A stretch of 49,222 bases of DNA, the filler included, from Dimargaris cristalligena (Eukaryota): the NCBI GenBank assembly GCA_003614675.1. It is 2 parts of 2 records of this genome, joined end to end, with 100 filler letters (N's around TTAATTAATTAA, not from the genome) between each part and the next. Parts side by side here need not be neighbours in the genome. Positions count along the whole stretch, not along the records: positions 24,685 to 49,222 come from ML002585.1; 1 more part is not named here. One strand, written 5' to 3'. Under the pieces are notes generated by a model. That model did not search any database. It worked only from the letters and a program-made list of their open reading frames with translations, and was not told the DNA's origin. Shown piece after piece: positions 38,801 to 49,222 of this stretch. How positions within the stretch are numbered: position 1 is the first letter of the stretch; the number at the start of each line of letters is the position of its first letter. The position numbers were made by a program, and so were the translations under genes.

Positions 38801-40544
38801 TTACTTCATGAACAGTGAATGTTGTTAATGAGGTCAGTAGGGTAGAAGCGGCAACGGTTGCCGATGGAGTGGAAGGTGGTTGGGAATTGGACGCAGTATC
38901 GCCTGACAGATTGGCACCTTCCTGCCCGACAGTCTCACGATACACGGCCGCATCAACTAGCTTGAGAAAAGTAACATTGTGAGTGCTGAGGGGTAGAGCC
39001 GGGGGCAAATCACTGGTTGAGCCGAGAAGTATGACAGGCACGTATTATGTGTAATGTGGGAGCCATGGTAAAGTAGCACATCAAATTAGAAAACAATCGT
39101 TGTAATTTCAGTTTGCAGACGCCCCATGAATAGCCGTATGCATAATGGGCGTCCAAAAGCAGATGGTATAGAAGGGAGGTGTGTACTTGCTGGTTCAGAA
39201 TCCACGCAAAAAAACAGTGGCCCGAAAATCGGGCGATGCTGACCGATTTAATGCAGACCGGCTGGGAAATCTAAGTGCCGGTTTAATCGAACCACACAAT
39301 CAGTCAACTAGCGCCGCCCGGAAACCACTAAATCAGACGATACAGACAATGGTTCATTACTAACGTATCAACTTACCTTAGTCGTAGATCCGCCAGCTGA
39401 TAGTACACCTCTAGGGCGATCCCAGAAGTAGCAATCTCTTTAATAAGCGAGAAGGTAATGTCGAATACGAGATTTTCGTCGTTGGTATAATGGTCCGCCG
39501 AATAATCTAGCAGGGTTCGAAGAATATCAGTCCCGGTCGGGTGGGTAAATAGCTGTTGGCAGGCTTGGGTATTACGTGCAACCATGCTGATGAGCAGAAT
39601 CGCAGATACTTCTTTGATCCGCGGGTTCCCCAGCAACATGTAACGTCTGAGGAATAGTACGATATATGGTAAAATACGCATTAGTTGGGTGGAAACATCA
39701 ATGAAGTAAAATTATCTCTGAATAAATTTTAATATTGATCTAATAGGACGTTTCTTAGAGTGGGATACGGTAGCCAGAAAACAGCTATAGTCGGCTCAAC
39801 GGACCTTTGTAAAGTCCGTGTACGTATAAATATGGGGTAATTGATAGTTACCTTAATGAAGGGTCTTCTGATTTCTCCGCTGATTCCAGCCACAAGGGCA
39901 ATAAACGGAGTTGGGTTTCCGGGTTATTGGTTACCATGTTGCTGAGGGTCTGCAGCCCCATCAATATGGCACTGGCATCTATCAGAATTGCAATTGGATT
40001 TTAAAATGGGCGGTGTATCAGAATTAGGCACCACTAATGGCATACTGTATTGGTGTAGTTAATTGAACTATACCCCGGGATTGGTACGGCCGTATACGCG
40101 CATAGTAATAAAAGTATAGTTGCGTATAATGGCAAATATAACAATACCCGGCACTTTAGTGATTCCAAATTTACCCACTTTGATCGGTTAAAGGACGAAC
40201 ATGGCTCAATTGATCCAGCCGGGACTTGATTTCCGAAGCCGCGCTTGTGCTGAGAAGGAAAATGGCAACGTATATGTGTAGGTAATTGGGGATTAATTAT
40301 ACATGGTATTGCAACCTAGGGCACGATGACTAGTGGGGAGGGTGCTACTGTCATCTATTGGAATAAAGTATAATTACAGCGCGTTTAAAGTAAGTATAAA
40401 TTATATAGCCCGAGGCAAAAGCACCTACGCAAAGTGAAACTGATATTCGGGTCCTTGGGCACACTGGTTCCGAATGCGAAGGCATTCAGACCGAAAGTCG
40501 GCCAGCGGGCATTCGAGTAGTGAACAGGCGTTGGTTGGGCTCAT
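35863..40544 (-). CDS. ATXN10: Ataxin-10 homolog (ATXN10/Ctr86 family), ~524 aa, 8 exons
   Basis: Exons 40544-40429, 40249-40179, 39978-39852, 39646-39377, 39012-38438, 37599-37430, 36797-36734, 36044-35863, phases consistent. C-terminal domain FIKRDLIAILGNLCHENTSLQNYARELGAVDLVLNHCNIDENNPYIKEYAILALKYLLQGNPANQDLI; N-terminal MGLQTLSNMVTNNPETQ. First two exons less certain. Confidence 0.85.
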
Positions 40545-41265
40545 AATAGTGACTGCGTGAGAAAGGTCCGGTGTTAAAGTAATGAAGGGTGAAAAGAGGA
40601 CGCAATGGCCTTGGGTATTATCAATGCGGGATAAAATAAAGTGAATTGCTGGTAAAAAAACCTGCATGTGGCTGGTCCCTCATTGCAGCCGAGAAACTGA
40701 CGTTCCTTGAAGCGGTGGGTGAAAAAACAAGCTAAGCAACCCACGCCATGGTATGGCCTAAGGAGCACGTGATAGGCGTGCCTTGATCATCATCGACCAG
40801 GATTGTTTTCATTTGGGTATTTGTTTACGTATTGAATAAGCCGCCAACCGCTTGGGTGGCATCGGGGGGGGTTTCGCCGAATTGTGGCGGACTGAATGGA
40901 CTGGACATCCCCTCTGCTTGTGCCTAGCCGGGCCGAAATAAGAGGTCATGGAATTGACAAGACTTAGTCCCACCATTGGCCACACCAGTGCTGGCGGCCG
41001 TCGTTTTCTCTCCACCTTCCAGACACTTGTTCCACCCATTAAAGGCCCTCCGTTTCGTTGCGTTGGAAAACTTGCCATAGATTTCGTCACTCAACGGTCC
41101 AATTCGCTACTGTCTCTCTGAACCCTCACCACGCACCTGGGTTACTTGTCCTCCATCTTGCCCCAACTTATATATATATATATATATTTCTATTTTGCCC
41201 CCTTTTCCCCAAAGGTCGCCAAAGACCTCGGCTGATTAAAAGCCCCTCCCACGCCAACAGTAAAC

Positions 41266-43269
41266 ATGGTCACTCGGACCAGAGGTCGTCAAGTTCTTCA
41301 CTCCATCGACAGCGCAACCGATGTGGAGTCCCAATCCGACTCCCATTCCGTACGCGTCAGGTCCCGTTCACCAGGTCGGGGAACCGAAGAACCAGTAGCA
41401 AATGTCGGCAACTCTATCGCCCTTCCCGCCGCCTGGCTGGTTGAACACCATGGTGGGGACACCGATGGCCCCCAGATGCCCTCGCTGGCGGAGGGGGGGA
41501 GTCAGCCCCACGGTTCCCCTTCAGTGGACGACGGCGAGCAAACTCTGTCGGTTAAGCGGGGCCGACAAGTCCTGGCCCAATACCGGAGCGAGTCGAGCCA
41601 GCGCCACCCAGCCCATGTCATTCATTCCGCCGACATGACCGCTGTGGATGAATCCCAAGGAATGCCCACTGTGCCCAACGGGGTATCTCCTCTTTTGGGC
41701 CACCCGTCAACTTCTACACCATCCCATACCAACAAACCAATGGCAAGTATCGGATCTATATCCAGTATATCACACATCAAACGGCCATCCGATGCGGTAG
41801 TTCCGTCCGTCGACTCTACGTTCCATCGCAATCTTCTGGCGGCGAATAGGGGGCGACCAGCCATACCCCATAAACTTACCGACGCCGAAAAGCGGGCCAT
41901 GATTGAGAATCTAGAATTCGAAGGTAAGCCTCTCCCCCCAAAGACGATATAGCAGTGATTCGAAAAGTGCTCGGCGTCAGACGCTTGGGCGACTTCATAC
42001 TTCCTATCAAACCCCATTTCATAATATATGTACGTGGGCTTTCAATGGCTTCAATGGTACCAGTCACTTTAGTACTCTATCACTGACCAGCTTTATGCCC
42101 CCCTCCACTATTGCTACGTACACCATTTTACAGTCAATGACCGTGTCCAACGCCTCCGGTCTAATGATAAGTGGCTACAGGAATCGCTGAAACTCAGGTG
42201 CGAACTAGATCTGAGTGTATTCCCCAAAGACGTCCGTAATCTGACCATGAAGGACTTTTGCCTACATTATAACGGATCGATCAACGAATACATGCACCAA
42301 CAAGCCTCCCAGCGCATCCGCGCGTTCAAATTGCCCGTTACTCCCGACATCATTAAAAAGCGCAAATTTATGGAGTCAAGTTTGGGCCCGCGGATTGCCC
42401 AACCCGCCTTGGTGCGACCCGTGGCCCATGGTGCCCGGGTCCCACCCGCGAGCCATCGAAACCCGGCCAGCCAACTGCCGGCCCCGCCGTCTGTTCGCCG
42501 TCCTTTAGCCAAACTCCCTCCGTCCCAACTGCCTATACCCACCCCGGCGACTCGGCGGATCCACCGTATTGCCGGGATTTCCCAAACCCCGGCTGGGAGC
42601 AAAAGTGCAATACGGCCCCCCACCTTACCCCTGTTCTCCCCTAAATTATCTAAATCACCCTACCTAAAAAAGCTAAAGGTCACTACCCCCATCAAAGTCA
42701 CCGATATTAACCAGAATCTCCAGGACCCCACCGGTAGTAGTACTAATATGCCCCCCAAACTTACCATCGTGAAAGGGCGACCACCGCGGGCGATTGGTAA
42801 AAAGGGTGCCGTACGCATTACTCGTAAAGTCGTCAAACCGAAATCCTCGGCCAAAAGCTTGGCCGATGAACAGCCCACCAAACGGAGGCGACGGTCTACC
42901 GTTAGCAAAGAGAATGTACCCCCAACCTCGGCCACCCCCACTGATTGGGAAAATGGCCCCCCGACCTTACCGAATGATCCAACCGAGAAAATCGACCGGA
43001 CGGACTCGGTCCGCCGCTCGAAACGCTCATCGGTGGGCAGCAATAAAACCACCGGTACAACCACCTCCAACGCACCCGAAAGTCAACCCGGTTCCGCCGC
43101 GTCCACTATCTCCAAGGCTTCGACAAGCAGTAAACGAACATCATCGGGCCATCGGGCCGCTGATCGGGCTGCCCTCGCGCTGTACACTAAAGATAAAGGC
43201 AAGCCCAAGCTGAAGTCGGGCCGAGGTAGTAGTGGAACCAAGGTGGCCCGGTCCAACTCACGGAAGTAA
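41266..43269 (+). CDS. Borealin/Nbl1 N-terminal-domain protein (chromosomal passenger complex), ~597 aa
   Basis: Exons 41266-41923 and 42134-43269. Spliced segment LTDAEKRAMIENLEFEVNDRVQRLRS..LKLRCELDLSVFPKDVRNLTMKDF fits the Nbl1/Borealin helix pattern, followed by a basic S/T/P-rich tail with TP/SP sites and a KEN motif. Confidence 0.7.
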
Positions 43270-43971
43270 TTAAAGCCTCTATATTATTACATCTATCTGG
43301 TGTGGGTTATTTAGACTAGAAAATATTATTTGGGAGGATAGGCGAAGCACGGGCCGAGGGTAATATGTAGCTAGCCTCCGCCTACCCTCCCACACGTACA
43401 CATACACACATATATATATATATGTGACTGAATATCTATGTGGCTTTATTTCCATGGCATATCTTCCCGTATCCCCATCATTATTATTATTTCGCTCTGG
43501 AGTTCCATATAAACGATTTTTAATGTTATATTTATCAACAGGCACCAACCTGCACCCTGACTGAATGACCACATCACTCTATTTACGCATTAACCTATAC
43601 CAATGAAATATTATATCAGTATTGCTTATTGATAGGCGACTTTGCTTCGAGATAAGCAGCTAGGATTCGCATATTTCCCTTTTCTTCCCACCCGGTACTG
43701 TAATTTCCTATAAATTATACCTTTATACCCTACTCATTATCATACTGGACAATCTCTAATCTGCCACACGACTGCACATAAATAAAATCACTCAATATTC
43801 TCTCGCTATTTACCTTTAGGGTTATGTTAAATGAATTGCTTTAGGTGGAATGTTATAACGAGCCGGCCCTATCCAGATAATAGGGGGGGGGGGCTCTGAT
43901 TGAAATCCGGCCATTGGAATTCGGGTGTATAAATACAAAAAAAAGGGGGGCAGGGAGCAAAGTCTGCCTAA

Positions 43972-45472
43972 CTAGGGTGTAGCCAGGGCCACCAGGCGGT
44001 GCAAAATTTGCAGGGAAGCATGCTCTTCATCCTGGACTCCCTGCAGGTCCTGCGGTAATTTGTACCCCTCATCGACCGTATCAAGGGCCAAGACGTCGGC
44101 CGGATCATTGGCGGGTTTCTTCGGTTGGTTATGGGTGCGCCAAGCGTCGAGATCGACAATGGACCGCTCTAGCTCATTGACTAGGTTCTTAGTGGTAGAA
44201 GACCTAGAAAAAGTGGACCCATCATGCCGGCAACGGAATCATAATTCAAAGGCACAATTCGAAAATTAGTGTCAATGTGGGGAAGGAGGGAAACCATATA
44301 AAAAAATCCGGCAATGTAGGAGGACCTTCAATTGTAGTAATATGTATTTTAGAGCAGTCGTGGGGGTGGGGTGAGTTAGGGGGTACTTCGGATGGAAAAA
44401 TATGACTTACCACTCCTCAATAGCCTGGCTTATCCCAGTCAGATCACGGTCAATGACCACTTCCCGACTAACAGCAAAGTCGATATACAGTGTCCGCTGG
44501 CTTTGGGACAGTTTTCCCTTAATGATTCCCTGGTAAATGAGATCGGTTAGCAGGTTCTCCAGGTGATCGGAATCCTCGATATCAAGTGGGCCCATTAGGT
44601 CAGTAAACAATAGGGTCTATTGGGGATGTGCGCCATTCAGGGTTGGTGTAAGTAGGTAAACGGGACAAGGCAATCGATGGGTTAGAGGGTTAAATATATA
44701 TACGTTGCTTATTATAGCCACTGCTAGCCATGTCGCATCAGGACTATCATTGGTATATAGTTATCTGGTGAAATTAACCTACTTGCTGACCCTCAGCAAT
44801 TGAGAGGATGGATAACTGCTTCAGCTTAGCCTCTTGTTGGGGTGATAGCGTAATCTTCAAGTCGGACTCGGCTATAGTTGGAAATTGGGATCGAAACAAT
44901 TAAGTAGGTGGTAAATGGCCCAACTAGATTGAGTCACTATCTGCATTCTTCCTAGTCAACGTGGCCAATTTTAAGTGGGCCCGCTGGGCGAACTCAAGGG
45001 TTTCGCTCATTTATTCTACGGACAGTTGGCTTACCTTTCCACTCACGCCAAGTACCGAAGGCAAAGGTTGTCAATAGACGGTGATACGCCTGGGTTTCGG
45101 GATCATCAGCCAACTAGGTTGGTGGCCACGGGTTTCGGTTCCGAAGGAAAGTAAAGAGATATTATAAGGATAATGCGAGAACTGCTAAGTAATTAATTCG
45201 GACTTGGATACAGTTGTAAGGCATTCCTTCTATTCGACCTTCTAATGCAGGAAAATGGCACCCGTCCTGGTAAACGGACACCCACTTTGGAATAGGAGCA
45301 CACTTACCAACTGAACGGTGGGGTGGCGGAGCAACTCGGCAAATAGGTAAACCCCTGGGGCGGCCAGGACTCGTTGAATAATAGCTAGGGTTCGGGCAGC
45401 ATCGGTTGGTTTGGCTTCCAATTGGTCTAAATAGATGCGAGCATGGCTCTCGAGCTGGGTAAAGATATCCAT
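43972..45472 (-). CDS. CSN7: COP9 signalosome subunit 7 (PCI domain), ~256 aa, 5 exons
   Basis: Exons 45472-45308, 45113-45035, 44871-44783, 44616-44411, 44203-43972. Motifs VLAAPGVYLFAELL, LLTTFAFGTW, KLKQLSILS, LENLLTDLIYQGIIKGKLSQ, SRE..IEEW. Confidence 0.85.
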
Positions 45473-46002
45473 GATTGTTCAAGGGTCGCCAAGAAGAAAT
45501 GGGTGGGGGGCAGGTGGGGAGGCGGGGTAGTCAAGTAACGGATAAAATGAGCGAGGAATGGCAGAAAACTGGGACAGTTGGCTGAGAAATGGGGTATTTG
45601 GAGGGGAAGCACAAGTGGTGTCTGCCACTTTCAAGGTCTGTCTGAATGGAAGAGTGCGTGCCTTGCTTTGTCTTTCGTAGTATTGTGAGCCACTGAACCT
45701 CCGAGAATATCACTGCGAAATAATAGCTGCTAACTGCCATCCAAGGAGGTAAATAGCACGTACATCACATCCAGGCCCTTCAGCAATTCCAATCTAATCA
45801 CGTGTTAGCGGTGGATTAGTGGCCAATGCAGCTTTCTACTAGCCCATATTCTCTATTCTTATCACACCACACAACCCCGGCCCTTTTGTGGTAATGTAGG
45901 GCACAAGTGGATTGATTGTATAAGACAATCAAAGTGTTCGGCTAGCCGCGGTTACCTCCTCTTTACTTCCCTGAATCTACGTTAGCCCTCGTCGGTCGAT
46001 AG

Positions 46003-46542
46003 GTATGTATACCTCGACGATACTTTTCTCAACTACCCCGTAATCGATGCCGAAGGCGACCTACCCCCGCGTACGACATCGCTATGGAACCGAACGAGCA
46101 GGCTGACCAACTGCCGAAATCCTCCCTTACTCATCCTGCACACCCATCCATCCATCCATCTATCCGCATACTCGAACTGCCCAGGCTTTCAGACTTGCAA
46201 CGCTCCGGAACCAGTTTCGTACAGTGTGGATATCGGGGACTTATCGATGTTGGATGGATGTATCGGCAGCGGTAGCCCCGTCGTTTCAATGGTCGCGTCG
46301 CCTTCATATTGGTGGTGGATATATATACCTGACGTCTGATAGCCGTCGGTATAGTGTCTCGACAAGCCCGTTGGGCGCCATGCTACGAGATTTGCCTAGG
46401 CGAATCCTAATGCCCCCTTCCTCATTCACACCATCTAAATGCTCTGGCACTAACCCCATGTTCATCCACCTGTATGATTTTTTTTTACAATACCCTCCTG
46501 CGACCTGAATCCCCTATCCTCCATCATCACTTTTTATTGTAG
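46003..46542 (+). promoter_or_regulatory. Structured 540-nt 5'-UTR intron of RPL34
   Basis: AG/GTATGT donor at 46003, CACTAAC branch-like site 46448-46454, pyrimidine tract and TTGTAG acceptor at 46542, 35 nt before the ATG; extensive nested complementarity 46001-46330. Confidence 0.7.
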
Positions 46543-46577
46543 AATTCACCCCTCGCTTCACCGCCCAATAATTCGTC

Positions 46578-46913
46578 ATGGCCCCGCGTGTTACCTACCG
46601 TCGTCGCAAGACCTTCCAGACCAAGTCTAACCGCGTCAAGAAGGTGAAGACCCCCGGTGGTCGTCTGGTCTTCCAGTACGTGAACAAGCCCGCCAAGGGT
46701 CCCCACTGCGGTGACTGTAACATCCGTCTGTCCGGTACCCCCGCCCTCCGTCCCCGCGAGTACGCTCGTCTGTCTCACTGCAAGAAGTCCGTGTCCCGCG
46801 CTTATGGTGGCAGTCGTTGTGCTAACTGCGTCCGTACCCGTATTGTGCGTGCTTTCCTGATTGAAGAGCAGAAGATCGTCAAGAAGGTGCTCAAGTCTTC
46901 CGGCCGGGCCTAA
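46578..46913 (+). CDS. RPL34: 60S ribosomal protein eL34, 111 aa
   Basis: MAPRVTYRRR, KTPGGRLV, CGDC, RAYGGSRCANCVRTRIVRAFLIEEQKIVKKVLK; strong codon bias. Confidence 0.98.
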   Translation: MAPRVTYRRRKTFQTKSNRVKKVKTPGGRLVFQYVNKPAKGPHCGDCNIRLSGTPALRPREYARLSHCKKSVSRAYGGSRCANCVRTRIVRAFLIEEQKIVKKVLKSSGRA

Positions 46914-48421
46914 ACCCACCAATCCACATATCACCTCACACACCTATCTTCCCTTGTTGTTTGTTGTCCACTTTCAACATTCCCCTCCCCACCCCTTCTA
47001 AACTATTCACGCCCTTTTTTAGTATCGTCTTATAAAATGTACGCATGATCATCAATCAGGGCGGACAGGGGGTTCAGTAATCAATTACTCGAGGGGCCGA
47101 ATAGTCGCCGCCAATAAAGAATGATACTAGATAGTGTTTTGTATTTTATAGCTTCTTGCCGTAATTGTTTTCTGTTGGCCATGGTGTGCTATTAGAAGCC
47201 GGTTGTCGGGGTACGGATAATACTATTTTAGAGTTATTGGGTAAATAGCCCTGGGTTAAAGAAGAGGTGCCCTTGTTTCGATCAGATAGTCCTAAGGGAC
47301 TCTTCAGCATAACTCCCTAGTCGGCACATTCATGCGACTTGTGTCGATAGTATATCCATCATCTAAAAAATGGGGTCCAGCTGGACCGTGTACAATGTCG
47401 TTGTTTCGTCATTCAAGTGGCGTTCATTAAATTAATTGCAATTTAGCGGCTGTGCTAACCAAGACAATGGTTCAAATTATTGGTGAAGTAAGGTTTAGCG
47501 GCCAAAGTGTGTCTGAAATGGCTATGTTTGTGATAGTTAATGTGTGACTATATAAGCCTTGTCTGTCGTTCCCGTCAGCACTGTCAACCTGCTCTATCCA
47601 CGCGTCTTGGTCCGCCTGTTCAACCAATTAAGAATGATTGAAGTACTTTTTGGCCTCGTTTGTATTTATTTTGGATCCAGGGTATCCTCTTTGGAACATG
47701 ATAGTGTTATTCAGCAGCATATTTGGTTGCGCAATACTACATATCTATTCGAAGAAGGACCCCGTGAGGGTTAGGACAGCGAATAATTATGAATTGCGCT
47801 AATAGCCGGACTGATAGTAAGGTGTCTACGAGATGCTGCCGGGTTTTGTAACCTCAGTGGGCCTACATGTAAAGTCGATCCGGATTTATCTATGCGTTTG
47901 AAGGGATAGTATACTCGCGTGTATCACTTATAGATGGGTTGAAATTGTTAAACCGAGTGATTGCGGGTGAATATACTTGAGGTAGTGTGTCAACTGTAAA
48001 ACGGTTAAGGAGGAGGTCCCGGCACGTGATCATTATTTTGTAGGTATGCCTGTCGTGGAGAGCACAGTCAAAGCCACGGTCGTTTTATTACCAAAATTAT
48101 ATCCAGCATAATTAACCCGAAAAAATGAAATGCAATAGACACTACAGACAAAACAGTATGGCAGCCCTAGTCGCAGTTTCTCCTCCAACTACCAAGCTCA
48201 TTACGGCGGCGGGATTCTCACTCTCCGGTTCCCATTCCGAGAACCATACAAGAGTCCCCCAGTTTTATATATATACTTTTCCATTTCCAACCTAAATCAC
48301 ACTACCCGGGTCTGTTTACAGACCAGCTGCGATCATTAAGCGCATTGGTTTCATTTTCCTCGGACAGTTTTATTCTTCTTCCTTTCTATAGTAACTTATC
48401 CCATTGGTACTACTCAGTCCT

Positions 48422-49222
48422 ATGAGTTCATCAACAGACGAGAACCAGGCCCTAGAGTTGTTAGCTCCCTTAGATACGAAGCAACAGCAGGACCATGAGG
48501 TCCCAGCGGGCGGACCGGAAGACCATGTGGACCCACCGCGCAAACCTACGATGGGCCCCATGCCCCCCGGGAAGAAAAAGCCATTACAACTGAGTGACCT
48601 TTCAGCTGGCACTCTTCATAGATTGGCAAAGGTAAAGAATAAACCGCTGACCCAGATTGAAATTTTACGTGGTTTGGTGTATCAAAAGGTCCATGACATG
48701 CTCACCCCGGAGATAATCGATAAAATACCTACCAGTGTACTGGATATTGTAACCGGCAAGAAAACGATTGCCCAGTCGATTTGTGGCGATTCTTCCGACG
48801 ATGAATTAGGGGACGAAAATGATTTAGTTGGGACAGCCGATCAGTCTAGTACCCAACTGGTCACTATAAGTAAGTATATTTAAATATCTCTCTCGGCATG
48901 CTCGAAAAACACCAGGAACGTTGTGTAATAGTGCCGGTCGCTTTGTCCGCATTATTGCATATTCCAGGACCAATTTATCTAACCACAGCTTCTCGAATGT
49001 GCTTATTCATTCCATTAATTTATGACTCCCCTTATTTTTTAGAGCGGGATCGCCGGCCTTTCTTTACGGTGAACATGGTCCCTACGCTCCTACGTGCCGT
49101 GGACAAGGCGGGTTTCACGGCCATGACCGAACTTCAAGAGAAAGTTATCCCACTGGCTATTATTGGGGCCGATGTTATGGTGGTGGCCAAGCCGGACTCG
49201 GGCCAAATCGCCGCCTTCCTAA
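48422..49222 (+). CDS. 5' part of a DEAD-box RNA helicase-like protein with degenerate motif I; runs off the window
   Basis: Exon 48422-48869, intron 48870-49042 (GTAAGT..TTTAG, phase 1), exon from 49043 reading PTLLRAVDKAGFTAMTELQEKVIPLAIIGADVMVVAKPDSGQIAAFL, i.e. Q motif and motif I spacing of DEAD-box proteins. Confidence 0.75.

Noticed and set aside
46527-46943. 138-aa ORF antisense to RPL34
   Set aside because: Shadow of a highly codon-biased ribosomal protein gene.

Overview
Eukaryotic, gene-dense fungal DNA with GT-AG spliceosomal introns. An early-diverging fungal lineage is my inference from gene style, not a database result. A 100-nt artificial spacer (N44-TTAATTAATTAA-N44, 24585-24684) splits the window, so the two halves need not be adjacent. 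Left half: a CpG-depleted decayed ORF or transposon relic (1-~2050), a 20-exon meiotic MSH4, a large C2HC+PHD protein broken by a G10 frameshift, mitochondrial mL41 divergent from intronless MAP2, intronless SMC6, and a gap-truncated ORF. Right half: a Crz1-like three-finger C2H2 factor, COQ2, an 8-exon ataxin-10 homolog divergent from a Borealin-domain gene, CSN7 divergent from RPL34, and the start of a DEAD-box-like gene with a degenerate Walker A. The best novelty candidate is the 540-nt 5'-UTR intron of RPL34, which can fold into a ~330-nt nested rod whose base helix covers the 5' splice site, a candidate autoregulatory splicing switch. Every intron over 400 nt that I examined also carries nested complementary segments, while most other introns are about 90-370 nt. 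All gene models and pairings were read by eye; none was computed or searched.
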